Below are positions 29,448-39,232 of a DNA stretch of 64,000 nt, one piece after another. How positions within the stretch are numbered: position 1 is the first letter of the stretch; each line of letters opens with the position of its first letter. This stretch comes from Phycisphaerae bacterium (GTDB taxonomy: Bacteria; Planctomycetota; Phycisphaerae; UBA1845; Fen-1342). Where the stretch lies: positions 64,001 to 128,000 of the forward strand of contig JASFQK010000003.1 in assembly GCA_050115495.1 (NCBI GenBank), in the 5' to 3' direction. The notes below the pieces were generated by a model, which worked only from the letters and a program-made list of their open reading frames with translations, did not search any database and was not told the origin of the DNA. The translations under genes were made by a program, and so were the position numbers.

Positions 29448-30383
29448 TCACGCGCACGCCTCTCTCGACTCGCCCCGAAACCGGTACAGCCACGCGTCGC
29501 GCCGCGTTACCGCACGCAAACCGAACGCATCGTAAAGTCGTTTCGCCGGCTCGTTGCGATCGTCCACGACGAGCGTCAGCCGCCGCACGCGCGCCTCACG
29601 CGTTTGCTGTAACGCCCGCCGCAGCAGCAGCGCACCCACGCCCTGGCCGCGACACGCCGGCACGACGCCCATGTAAACGACTTCCAGCGCCGACGTTTGC
29701 GGCAGACGCGACAGCAGCAGGCAACCCGCCGGTCCGTCCGGACGCCACAGCAACTCCCAGTGCCCCGCGTCAAACACGCCGCACGCCTGATGCGCCGCAA
29801 GAATATCGTCGATCGGCCGCAACCCGCCCAGTTCCGGACAATCAAGGCTGTCTTCGTACGTGGCCAGCACCGTCGTCGCAAACGCATCGTGCGTCTCCGC
29901 CGAGAACGTTACCCACTGCGCATCCGTCAGCCGCGGTGGGTCCACCCACGGGTACGTCGCGTCGCGCTGCCGATATACGAGCGGCGCCAGATGTTGGAAA
30001 CCAAGCTCCACGAGCAGGTTACGCTGACCCTCGGCGTCCGGCTGCAACAGCGCTTGCAGATAGTGCAACCGCTCCGGAGCGAGTTCCGCCACCGTTTGCG
30101 CGGCCAGTTCGCGCTGCGCCCGCGGATCGATGCCCAGTTCCCCCGGCGTCGGAAACATGACGATCCCCGTCCGCCCCGGCAGCAGCAGCACGAGCGACAG
30201 CGCCGCCACCTGCGTGCCCACGCAAACGCGCTGTCCCGCCCACGTTACGGGCGTCTGCGCCAGGTATTCCCGGAAGTACTGCACCTGCCCTTCGCCGGCG
30301 AGTTCCCCCGTCCCCGGTGCAGCCAGCAGCCACGCCAGGGCTTCGTCGAGGTCGTCCGCTTGCAGTGTTTCCACGATGGCCAT
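29448..30383 (-). CDS. GNAT family acetyltransferase
   Basis: YMGVVPACRGQGVG, LVVDDRNEPAKRLY; SLDCPEL motif. Confidence 0.9.
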   Translation of the reverse strand: MAIVETLQADDLDEALAWLLAAPGTGELAGEGQVQYFREYLAQTPVTWAGQRVCVGTQVAALSLVLLLPGRTGIVMFPTPGELGIDPRAQRELAAQTVAELAPERLHYLQALLQPDAEGQRNLLVELGFQHLAPLVYRQRDATYPWVDPPRLTDAQWVTFSAETHDAFATTVLATYEDSLDCPELGGLRPIDDILAAHQACGVFDAGHWELLWRPDGPAGCLLLSRLPQTSALEVVYMGVVPACRGQGVGALLLRRALQQTREARVRRLTLVVDDRNEPAKRLYDAFGLRAVTRRDAWLYRFRGESREACA

Positions 30384-30507
30384 GACGCTTCGCCGAAACC
30401 CAGGAATCAACGGTCCCCGTTGGCGGTTATCACTTGCGGCGACAGAATCGCCCACGCTGGCGGTTCAGACCGAAGTTTCGCACCATTGTGCAAAGGAGTA
30501 GCCAGCT

Positions 30508-31164
30508 ATGCAATCCAAGTGGCACCTGGCGGGGATGTCGCTGCTCGTCGTTATCTGCGGAGTGATCCTGCTGAGCGCCGACTCGCCGGCCGCTTACGGG
30601 GAGGACGGCGCCAAGACTGCCGCGGCCGACAAGAAGGAGCCGCCCAAAGTCGGTGACGAAGCGCCCACCTTCGAGCTGAAGGGTACCGACGGCAAGACCT
30701 ATCGCTTGTCCGAATTGCGCGACAAGATCGTCGTCCTCGAGTGGTGCAACCAGGACTGCCCCTACAGCAACTTCAAGACCGGCATCGGCCCCAAGGCCAA
30801 GGAAACGTCAGCACGCTTCGCCGAGCGCGGCGTCGTCTGGCTGGCCGTCGACAGCACGCACTACCAGACGGCGGGGAACGACGCCAAGTACGTCAAGGAC
30901 AACAAGATCCCGCACCCGATCCTCCTCGACCAGGACGGCACCGTCGGCCGCAGCTACGGCGCCAAGACAACCCCGCACCTGTTCATCATCCAGAAGGGCC
31001 GCCTCGTCTACACCGGCGCCTTCGGCACGAACCCGCGCGAGGTCCGCGACCCGGCGAAGCAGCGCTGCTACGTGGACGAGGTCCTGACGGCCCTCCTTGA
31101 CGGAAAGACGCCGCCAGTGTCCACTACCGATAGCTGGGGATGCCCAGTGAAGTACAAGAAATAA
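30508..31164 (+). CDS. Exported redoxin/AhpC-TSA family protein
   Basis: AAGGAG RBS; VGDEAPTFEL, VVLEWCNQDCPY, YGAKTTPH, GCPVKY. Confidence 0.9.
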   Translation: MQSKWHLAGMSLLVVICGVILLSADSPAAYGEDGAKTAAADKKEPPKVGDEAPTFELKGTDGKTYRLSELRDKIVVLEWCNQDCPYSNFKTGIGPKAKETSARFAERGVVWLAVDSTHYQTAGNDAKYVKDNKIPHPILLDQDGTVGRSYGAKTTPHLFIIQKGRLVYTGAFGTNPREVRDPAKQRCYVDEVLTALLDGKTPPVSTTDSWGCPVKYKK

Positions 31165-31182
31165 CAGGCGCGGGGCCTTTGC

Positions 31183-31674
31183 TTGGACGAGCCTGAACAG
31201 ACGATCGACACCGTCCGGATCACGACACCACCGCGCATATTCCGCGCGTTCCCACTGTTGCTGGTCGGCCTCGCCGCGCTGCTCGCCACCGGCTGCGAGC
31301 CGGGTCTGCGCTGGCGCTTCGGCAGCTTCGACGACGCCCAGGCCCAGGCCCGTAGCGAGCACCGGCTGACGTTCGTCTACTTCCGCAACTGGTACTCGGT
31401 CGACTGCACGAACTTCGAGGAGCACATCCTCAAGCAGCCGGCCGTGCGCGCTGCCGCCGACGCGATGATCTGCGTCTGTTTCGAATTCGACCTGTACCGT
31501 CGTTTGGCCGAGCGCTTCGAGTTGCAGACCGTGCCGTCCTACACCGTCGTCGATCCGAACGGAACCGTTCTCGAACGCGGCCAGGGCGACATGACCGCTG
31601 AGTCTGTCCTGGCCAGCTTCGAGCGGGCCCGTCAGGCATTCACCCCTAACAGCGAGCCGGCGAGAACACCGTGA
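31183..31674 (+). CDS. Thioredoxin-like lipoprotein
   Basis: Lipobox ATGC; FVYFRNWYSVDC; VPSYTVVDPNG; start uncertain. Confidence 0.7.
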   Translation: MDEPEQTIDTVRITTPPRIFRAFPLLLVGLAALLATGCEPGLRWRFGSFDDAQAQARSEHRLTFVYFRNWYSVDCTNFEEHILKQPAVRAAADAMICVCFEFDLYRRLAERFELQTVPSYTVVDPNGTVLERGQGDMTAESVLASFERARQAFTPNSEPARTP

Positions 31675-32636
31675 AACCGCGAACTGCCCTCGTCGTGACG
31701 CTGGCGGGCCTCTTCGGCGGCCTGGGAGCGTGCGACGGGCAGAGCGCCGGTGCCGGCGGTACCCCGCTCCTCGTCTTCGGCCGTACGGGTGTGGGCCCGG
31801 GGGAATTCACCTATCCCCGCGCCGGGGTGGCCGCCACGGATGGTCGGTTCTACGTCGTCGACAAGGCCGCCCGTATACAGTGTTACACCGGCGAGGGCGA
31901 GTTCGTCCTCGAATGGCGGATGCCCGAAAGCCAGGCCGGCAAGCCGACCGGCCTCGGCATCGACGCCGCCGGGACCGTTTACGCCGCCGACACCCACTAC
32001 GCCCGCGTGGTGGTCTTTGACGCCGAAGGTCGCGAATTGGCGCGCTTTGGCACCTTTGGCGAGGGGCCCGGCCAGTTCCGCCTCCCGACCGACGTCGCCG
32101 TCGACCGGCAGGGGGCCATCTACGTGTCCGAATACGGCGGCAACGACCGGATCAGCAAGTTCTCGCCGGACCGGGAGTACCTGTTCAGCTTCGGCGGCCC
32201 GGACGCGGGCGAGGCCACCCTCCGCCGTCCGCAATCGTTAGTGTTCGATAACGACGGGACGTTATGGGTGACCGACGCCGGCAATCACCGAGTGTGCCAC
32301 TTTGACGCCGACGGGCGGTTTCTGGGGTCTTTTGGCACGCCGGGCGACGGGGTAGGGGAGCTGCGTTTCCCGTACGGGCTGGATTTCCTGTCCGACGGGA
32401 CGCTGGTGGTCACCGAGTTCGGCAACAACCGCCTCCAGCGTTTCGACCGCCAGGGGCATTCCCTGGGGACCTGGGGCTCCGCAGGCCGCAAACCAGGGGA
32501 GCTGGCCTATCCCTGGGCGGCCGTTGTCGTCCCGGAGGACCGCATCGTCATCGTAGACTCGGGTAATAATCGTATGCAGGTCATTGCCGGCGGGCGGGCG
32601 GATACGTGGCGCCTGGCTACGTCGCCGGATGAATAG
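31671..32636 (+). CDS. NHL-repeat beta-propeller lipoprotein
   Basis: Lipobox LGAC; repeated G.GPGEF.YP...YV.D..N.RI units. Confidence 0.9.
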   Translation: MKPRTALVVTLAGLFGGLGACDGQSAGAGGTPLLVFGRTGVGPGEFTYPRAGVAATDGRFYVVDKAARIQCYTGEGEFVLEWRMPESQAGKPTGLGIDAAGTVYAADTHYARVVVFDAEGRELARFGTFGEGPGQFRLPTDVAVDRQGAIYVSEYGGNDRISKFSPDREYLFSFGGPDAGEATLRRPQSLVFDNDGTLWVTDAGNHRVCHFDADGRFLGSFGTPGDGVGELRFPYGLDFLSDGTLVVTEFGNNRLQRFDRQGHSLGTWGSAGRKPGELAYPWAAVVVPEDRIVIVDSGNNRMQVIAGGRADTWRLATSPDE

Positions 32637-32674
32637 GATTCCACTAAGCGTGGATTCGTGCTAACGTTATGACA

Positions 32675-35600
32675 ATGGCTGCGACCGCCTCGCTGTTGCT
32701 GGCGCAGATGCGCTTCGAGACGCCGGCATACCTCGCGCTGCTGGCGGTGTTGCCATTGCTGGTGGCCCTCTCGATCCGCTCGCTCGCCGGACTGGGGCCC
32801 GCGCGACGTGTGGCGGCGATCGTGGCCCGTTGCGTCGTCGTGCTCTGCATGATCCTCGCCCTCGCCGGCGCCCAGCGCACGCGCACGAGCGACGCCCTGG
32901 CTGTTATCTTCCTACTCGACCGCTCCAACAGCATCCCCCGCCAGTACCAGGAGCAGGCCTTCGATTTCATCCGCCAGTCCGAAGACGGTCGCGGTATCGA
33001 CGACCTCATCGGCGTCGTGGCCTTCGATGGCCAGAGTGCCGTGGAACGCCTCCCGGGCAGCAGCCTCTTCATCGACCACGTCACCGAGTCGCTCGATCCC
33101 GACGAAACCGATCTCGCCGCTGCCCTGCGGCTGGCGATGGCCCTCTTCCCGCCCGAGACCGCCCGCCGCGTCGTCGTCCTCTCCGACGGCAACGAGAACG
33201 TCGGCGCCGCCCTCGAAGAGGCCGAGCACTTCCGCGCCGCTGGCGTGCCGATCGACGTTGTCCCCATCCTCTACGAGCACACCAACGAGGTCGTCTTCGA
33301 GCAGTTGCGCGCCCCGCCCAGTGCCGCCGCCGAAGAGACCATCAACCTGCAAATGGTCCTGCGCTCGCAGCAGCCGGTGACTGGCCGCATCAAGCTCGAA
33401 CAGAACGGGCAGTGGGTGGACCTCGACCCGACGGGGCCGGGCAACGACTATCCGGTGGCTCTGAATCCCGGTGCCAACCGCTTCACGATTCCGGTCCCGC
33501 TGCGCGATACCGGCGCTCATCGCTTCCGCGCCGTCTTCCAGCCGGATGACCCCGACCTCGACACCGTGCCGGCCAACAACGAGGGCTGCGCGTTCACCGT
33601 CGTCTCCGGCCCGGGCAAGGTGCTCATTCTCGCCACCGAGAGGGACCTCGACGCCCCCAATTCCTCGGTGGCCATTCTGGAGCGTGCCCTCGCCGCCGAG
33701 CGGATCAACTACGTGGTCGAGGCGGCCGGTGCGGACCCGCTCACGCAGGTGCGTCTGCTTGACTACTCGTGCGTGGTTCTCTCGAACGTCCCTGCCGGTG
33801 ACCTGTCCGAGGTCGAGCACGGCGTTCTCTCCATCTACGTTCGTGACCTCGGCGGCGGGCTGGTGATGATCGGCGGCGACGACTCCTTCGGCGCCGGCGG
33901 CTGGCTCGGCAGCCCTGTCGAAGAGGTCATGCCCGTCAGCTTCGACGTCAAGAATCTCAAGCAGTTGCCCAAGGGCGCCCTCGTTCTCGTCATGCACGCC
34001 TGCGAGGTGCCGCAGGGCAACTACATCGGCCAGCGCTGCGCCGTCAGCGCCATCAAGACCCTGAGCAGCCGCGACCTCGTCGGCGTCCTCGCCTGGGAAT
34101 ACCGCGGCACACAGCTCGGCTACTGGTCCGTGCCCCTGCAAACCGTCGGCGACAAGACCTCTGTCATCCAGCAGGTCCTTAAGATGCAGATGGGCGACAT
34201 GCCCGACTTCGATCCGGTCATGCGCCCCGGCGTCGACGCTCTCATCGCCCGCACCGACGCCGCCGTCCGCCACATGATCGTCATCTCCGATTTCGACCCC
34301 TCGCGCCCGCAGCCCGATCTGCTCCGCAAAATGAAGGACCACAAGATCACCTGCTCGACCGTCACTATCGGTTACGGCGGCCACCAGATCGACGAGGGTC
34401 TTGCCAACGACATCGCCACCACCACTGGAGGCCGCTTCTATGCCACCGACGACTTCAGCAAGCTGCCGCAGATCTTCATCAAGGAATCGCGCGTCGTGCA
34501 GCGCTCGCTGATCGACGAGAATCCCTTCCATCCGCAACTGGTCGATCGCCTTGCCCAGACCGTCGCCGGTCTGAGTCCCGACGAGATCCCCACTCTCGGC
34601 GGCTACGTCGTGACCACGCCGAAGAAGTTGGCCACCGTCCCGCTGGTTCGCACCGGCAAGGACACGACCGACCCCGTCCTGGCCCACTGGAACGTCGGGC
34701 TCGGCAAGACGGTCGCCTTCACGAGCGGCATGTGGACCGCCTGGGGCGCCGACTGGGCCGGCTGGGTCCAGTTCAGCAAGTTCTGGGGACAGATCGTTCG
34801 CTGGGCGTCGCGCCAGGATGAGGCCGCCGCCCTCGACGTCACCACGTCGGTTCACGGCGGCCGCGGGCAGATTAGCGTCGAGGCGCTGGGCGCCGACGAA
34901 AAGGCCGTTGATTTCATGCGTCTCCGCGGCGTGCTGATTCCGCCGCTGCCGGAAGGCCCGTCTCGCGGCACAGCACCGCCCGCCGCCATCCCCGTCGAAT
35001 TGACGCAGACCGGTCCCGGCCGTTACGAGGGCGAGTTCGACGCCCAGGAGCGGGGCAGCTACGTGCTGAACCTCGAGTACGTGATGGGCGAGGGCCCCGA
35101 CGCCCGCCGCGGCGAGTTGCGCACCGGCGTGGCCGTGGCCTACTCGCCCGAGTACCGCGAACTGCGGCCCAACCTGGCCCTGCTCGAGGCCCTGCGTGAA
35201 CGAACCGCCGGCCGCACGCTCGGTAGCGGACAGGCACCTGCCGCCTTCGCCCGCGCTGCGCTTCCGCTGGCGGAGGCCCAGCGCAGCATCTGGGAGGACC
35301 TCGTCCGCTGGATGCTCGTGCTGTTCCTGATCGATGTGGCCATCCGCCGCATCGCCGTCAGCCCGCACGAAGTATGGCGCAAAGCGCGGCAGTACCTGGC
35401 GGACATGGCCGGTCGCGGCCGCTCGGCCGAGGCCAGCGCCGCCGTGCTGACCACGCTCAAGGGTACCCAGGCCCGGCGGCGCGACGAGCAGCAGGTGCAT
35501 CCGCCGACCGACGCCGGCACGCCGCCCTCGCGTTCCGCTCGCTACGAGGCGCCCACGCCGAGCGGCCAGGCCACCGAAGATCTGGCCCGCGCTCTCGGCG

Positions 35601-35737
35601 GTGCCTCCGAACAGGACAAGCCGGTCGTGGCGCGCCCGACGGGCAAGAAGCCGCCCTCCAGCGAGGGCGATTACACTTCCCGGCTCTTGCAGGCCAAGCG
35701 CCGGGCACGGAAGGACATGAAGGACGAAGAGAGCTGA
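32675..35737 (+). CDS. Membrane protein with vWA domain(s) and GATase1-like domain
   Basis: BatA-like N-terminus; LLDRSNS MIDAS; VLSDGNEN; GGGLVMIGGDDSFGAGG; GLGKTVAFTS. Confidence 0.85.
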   Translation: MAATASLLLAQMRFETPAYLALLAVLPLLVALSIRSLAGLGPARRVAAIVARCVVVLCMILALAGAQRTRTSDALAVIFLLDRSNSIPRQYQEQAFDFIRQSEDGRGIDDLIGVVAFDGQSAVERLPGSSLFIDHVTESLDPDETDLAAALRLAMALFPPETARRVVVLSDGNENVGAALEEAEHFRAAGVPIDVVPILYEHTNEVVFEQLRAPPSAAAEETINLQMVLRSQQPVTGRIKLEQNGQWVDLDPTGPGNDYPVALNPGANRFTIPVPLRDTGAHRFRAVFQPDDPDLDTVPANNEGCAFTVVSGPGKVLILATERDLDAPNSSVAILERALAAERINYVVEAAGADPLTQVRLLDYSCVVLSNVPAGDLSEVEHGVLSIYVRDLGGGLVMIGGDDSFGAGGWLGSPVEEVMPVSFDVKNLKQLPKGALVLVMHACEVPQGNYIGQRCAVSAIKTLSSRDLVGVLAWEYRGTQLGYWSVPLQTVGDKTSVIQQVLKMQMGDMPDFDPVMRPGVDALIARTDAAVRHMIVISDFDPSRPQPDLLRKMKDHKITCSTVTIGYGGHQIDEGLANDIATTTGGRFYATDDFSKLPQIFIKESRVVQRSLIDENPFHPQLVDRLAQTVAGLSPDEIPTLGGYVVTTPKKLATVPLVRTGKDTTDPVLAHWNVGLGKTVAFTSGMWTAWGADWAGWVQFSKFWGQIVRWASRQDEAAALDVTTSVHGGRGQISVEALGADEKAVDFMRLRGVLIPPLPEGPSRGTAPPAAIPVELTQTGPGRYEGEFDAQERGSYVLNLEYVMGEGPDARRGELRTGVAVAYSPEYRELRPNLALLEALRERTAGRTLGSGQAPAAFARAALPLAEAQRSIWEDLVRWMLVLFLIDVAIRRIAVSPHEVWRKARQYLADMAGRGRSAEASAAVLTTLKGTQARRRDEQQVHPPTDAGTPPSRSARYEAPTPSGQATEDLARALGGASEQDKPVVARPTGKKPPSSEGDYTSRLLQAKRRARKDMKDEES

Positions 35738-35801
35738 GTTGCTCCGGGCCGCGGTGTGCGTGGCCCGGGCCGGCCGTGAATAGACGGATGGTGAGGAACG
35801 A

Positions 35802-38009
35802 ATGCTGGACGGGCTGCTGGAACTGGTCAAACACGGAGATCTGGACGGGTTCGAGACGCGCTGCCTGGAGTTGCTTGATGCTGGCGAGGTGCCGACCGGC
35901 GCCCTGACCACATGCTTCAAGAAGATGGAAGAGGCCGGCGACGCCCAGCGCGTGGGTACGCTCGCCCAGATGGTGCTTGAGAACATCAACATCGACGCCG
36001 ACCCGCGCGGTGCGCTGGCCGTCGCCCAGTCGGCCCTGCACGCTGTCCCCGACAGTGCCACGTTGCGCCAGCACGTCGTCGATCTCTACCGCCGTGTCCA
36101 CGCCGAGACGGACGGCTTCTCTGCCATCCTCGAATCGTCCGGTTTGGCGGGTACGGCCCCGGCTCGCATGGCCCTGCGCGTGCTGGACTTCTGCCTCGAG
36201 CTGAAGGTCGGCGAAACGCTCATCAGCCGCATGGATGACAAGGTTGCCGAGGTCGCCGAGATCGACCGCGCCCGCGGCCTGTTCACATTGCGGCGCAGCG
36301 CCCGCACCACGACCATTCCGGCCCGCGAGGTCGTCCGCGAATACGAGCGCGTGGACAAGGACGACTTCCGCGTTCTCCGCCAGTTGTACCCCGAGCGCCT
36401 CAACGAGCTCATCGAGAAGGACCCCGTCGCCCTCGTCGTCGGTCTCATCCACGCGCACGGCGGCCTGATCAACGCCGACGAGCTCAAGGCCGAACTCGCT
36501 CCGCGCTACATCGACGATCGCCAGTGGAACAAATGGTGGACGCGAACCCGCTCTCAGCTCAAGCGCTCGCCGCACATCATCATCGAGGGCCGCGCCCCCG
36601 TCGTCCTCCAGTACAACGCCGAAGGCGTCTCGCTCGAAGATGAGACCTGGTCGGCCATCGCCGCCCGCCAGGACCCCGTACAGTGGCTGGCGACCGCCGA
36701 GAACTACCTCCGCGAGATGAAGTCGCGCAAGGAGAAGCCCGACCAGGCCCTGCTCAAGCGCTTCCACAACCACATCGTCGAGCACGTCGAGAAGGTCCGC
36801 CGTCTCCGTCCCGGCGAAGCCCTCGCCTGCGTCCTCGTTCTCAGCCGCCTTGCTGACCAGGGTCTGCCCATCGACGAATCATCGAAGTTGCTCGCCGGCG
36901 AGATCCTGCGCGAGACCCGCGATCCCGTCGCCCTGATCGCCACGCTTTCCGACGACCACCTCTGGGAGCGCGTCTACGACGAGCTCAAGGCCGCGCTGCC
37001 CGACAAGTGGCCCGACGTCGCCCTGGCCCTGCTCAGCCTCGCGCCGGCGTCACAGCTCGACGCCCTCGTCGGCCTGCTCCGCGAGGCCGGCCGGCTCGAC
37101 GGCGCGCAGCGCCTCATCGACGACGTGCTCACCAACCCGCTCGAATCCGTCGAGTTCATCTACTGGTTCTGGAAGGGCCCGCAGGACGCTTCCGGCCTGA
37201 ACCTGCCCGCCGACAGCGAGGTCCTGAGTACCATTCTCGATACGCTCAGCGCTCTCGGCGTGACGCTGAATCCGCCGGCCGACGTCGCCCGTCGTTTCCG
37301 CGGCCGCGTGAAGTCCGCCCTGGCCCTGCGGAACTACGGCCGCGTCGAGGCTTGTCTCAAGGCGTGCAGTGCGGCGGCGGCGGTGCCCCTGCGCCGCCAG
37401 ATCGAACGCCTCGACGAGCTCGGACCGGTCGCCCGCGGCCGGCTGCTCGATCTGCTCCACGACGCCCACCCACAATTGTGGGTCAGGCGCACCGTCCAGC
37501 TCGCCCCGTGGGAGGACCCCGATATCCTCTGGGCCACGCAGGCCGGCCTCGACCGCAAGACCGCCGACCGCGACGACATCCTCAATGTCAAGATGCACGA
37601 GAACGCCATCCGCATCGGCGAGGCCGCTTCGCATGGCGACCTGAGCGAAAACTCCGAGTACAAATTCGCCCTCGAAGAGCGCGATTTCCTCCGCGGCCGC
37701 CTGGCCCAGGCCAACCGCGAGCTCGCTCTCGTTCGCGTGCTCGAGTCCCACGACGTGCCGATCGACAGCGTTGGCGTCGGTTCGCGCGTCACGCTCCGCC
37801 GAACGAGCGACGGCAACGAGCGCGTCATGACCATTCTGGGCCCGTTTGAGGCCGACGTGGACAAAGGCATCTACAGCTACAAGGCCCCCGTTTGCCAGAA
37901 GCTGATGGGCCTCCACGCCAACGAGCACATTACGCTCACCGTGGACGGCTCGGACCAGGAATTCGAGATTATCAAGATCGAGAACAGCTTCACGCCCGCC
38001 GACGGTTAG
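35802..38009 (+). CDS. greA: GreA-family transcription elongation factor with large N-terminal domain
   Basis: C-terminal IGEAASHGDLSENSEY...VGVGSRV...TILGPFEAD...SYKAP. Confidence 0.85.
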   Translation: MLDGLLELVKHGDLDGFETRCLELLDAGEVPTGALTTCFKKMEEAGDAQRVGTLAQMVLENINIDADPRGALAVAQSALHAVPDSATLRQHVVDLYRRVHAETDGFSAILESSGLAGTAPARMALRVLDFCLELKVGETLISRMDDKVAEVAEIDRARGLFTLRRSARTTTIPAREVVREYERVDKDDFRVLRQLYPERLNELIEKDPVALVVGLIHAHGGLINADELKAELAPRYIDDRQWNKWWTRTRSQLKRSPHIIIEGRAPVVLQYNAEGVSLEDETWSAIAARQDPVQWLATAENYLREMKSRKEKPDQALLKRFHNHIVEHVEKVRRLRPGEALACVLVLSRLADQGLPIDESSKLLAGEILRETRDPVALIATLSDDHLWERVYDELKAALPDKWPDVALALLSLAPASQLDALVGLLREAGRLDGAQRLIDDVLTNPLESVEFIYWFWKGPQDASGLNLPADSEVLSTILDTLSALGVTLNPPADVARRFRGRVKSALALRNYGRVEACLKACSAAAAVPLRRQIERLDELGPVARGRLLDLLHDAHPQLWVRRTVQLAPWEDPDILWATQAGLDRKTADRDDILNVKMHENAIRIGEAASHGDLSENSEYKFALEERDFLRGRLAQANRELALVRVLESHDVPIDSVGVGSRVTLRRTSDGNERVMTILGPFEADVDKGIYSYKAPVCQKLMGLHANEHITLTVDGSDQEFEIIKIENSFTPADG

Positions 38010-38038
38010 GCAGAGCAGGAGTGCCGGAACCGGTTCCG

Positions 38039-39013
38039 CTAGCCCGTCGTCGCCCGGATGACGGCCCACCCAATGTACCCGGCGTAGAGCAGGAGCAGCG
38101 CTGCGCCTTCGGTCCGGTTGATCTGCTGACCCCGCCGAGCGAGAAGCAGGAAGAGCGCGCTCGTCGCCAGCACGCACGAACCATCCAGGACGAGCACGTC
38201 GCGATCCACGCTCACCGGCCGCACGGTCGCGGTGATGCCGACCACGCTCAGTATGTTGAAGATGTTGCTGCCGACCAGGTTCCCGACCGCGATGTCGGGA
38301 AGCTTCTTTCTGGCGGCGATGATCGAGGTCGCCAGCTCCGGCAGGCTGGTGCCCACCGCGACAATTGTCAGTCCGATAATAGTATGACTGATGCTCAGCA
38401 ACTCAGCCAGACCCGTCGCTCCGTCCACGATCAGCCGGCCGCCGAGCGTCAGCCCCCCAATACCCACGACGATCAGGACTGCGTTTAAGGGAATTCCGCC
38501 GGCGACGCCGATAGCTGTCTCATATTCACCGGCCACCACCGCCGGTTCTGCTCGCGCGAGCCAGTACGTCAGGGCCAGGTAGCTGACCAGTGCGGCGCAC
38601 AAGACGCCGCCTTCCCAACGCGCGATCTCCCCGGTGCCGCCGGCGGCATAGGCCAACAGCACGAAGCCGACGGTGACGGCGACCATGATCGGCCCGTCGA
38701 CGCGCAGCAGCTTCAGCGAGACGTGCAGGGGACGGGCAAGCGCCGCCGCCCCGAGGATCAGCAGGATGTTCGCGATGTTGCTCCCCAGGACGTTTCCGAT
38801 GGCGATGCCCGGCTCATCGCGCAGCGCGGCCTGGAGCGACACGGCCAGTTCTGGTGCCGACGTGCCGAACGCCACGATGGTCAAGCCGACCACGAGGGGC
38901 GGAATACCCAACCGACAGGCCAGCCGGGACGAGCCACGCACCAGTGCCTCGCCGGCGACCCACAGTACGATCAATCCGCCGCCCAGGCTGGCAGCGTGCC
39001 ACAGCGCCTGCAT
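38039..39013 (-). CDS. Calcium/sodium antiporter (YrbG family)
   Basis: Two alpha repeats: GTSAPEL...GNVLGSN and GTSLPEL...GNLVGSN. Confidence 0.94.
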   Translation of the reverse strand: MQALWHAASLGGGLIVLWVAGEALVRGSSRLACRLGIPPLVVGLTIVAFGTSAPELAVSLQAALRDEPGIAIGNVLGSNIANILLILGAAALARPLHVSLKLLRVDGPIMVAVTVGFVLLAYAAGGTGEIARWEGGVLCAALVSYLALTYWLARAEPAVVAGEYETAIGVAGGIPLNAVLIVVGIGGLTLGGRLIVDGATGLAELLSISHTIIGLTIVAVGTSLPELATSIIAARKKLPDIAVGNLVGSNIFNILSVVGITATVRPVSVDRDVLVLDGSCVLATSALFLLLARRGQQINRTEGAALLLLYAGYIGWAVIRATTG

Positions 39014-39232
39014 GACCTCTTCCGCAACGAACAACGACTGCGGGGCTCGCCCCCGCGACATCAGTCGACTACACTATTTAACCTCGACAGAGCATCGGTC
39101 CCACAGCCCGGGAATGCAAGCCCCCGGCGGAGAAACCGGCCGAGCCTGCCGACGACGGAACACGGTGGCCGCACGCAGCCGGCGCGGGCGCGAGCAGCTA
39201 CCAGACCTCGCCAGAAACAAGGATGTTGCGCC

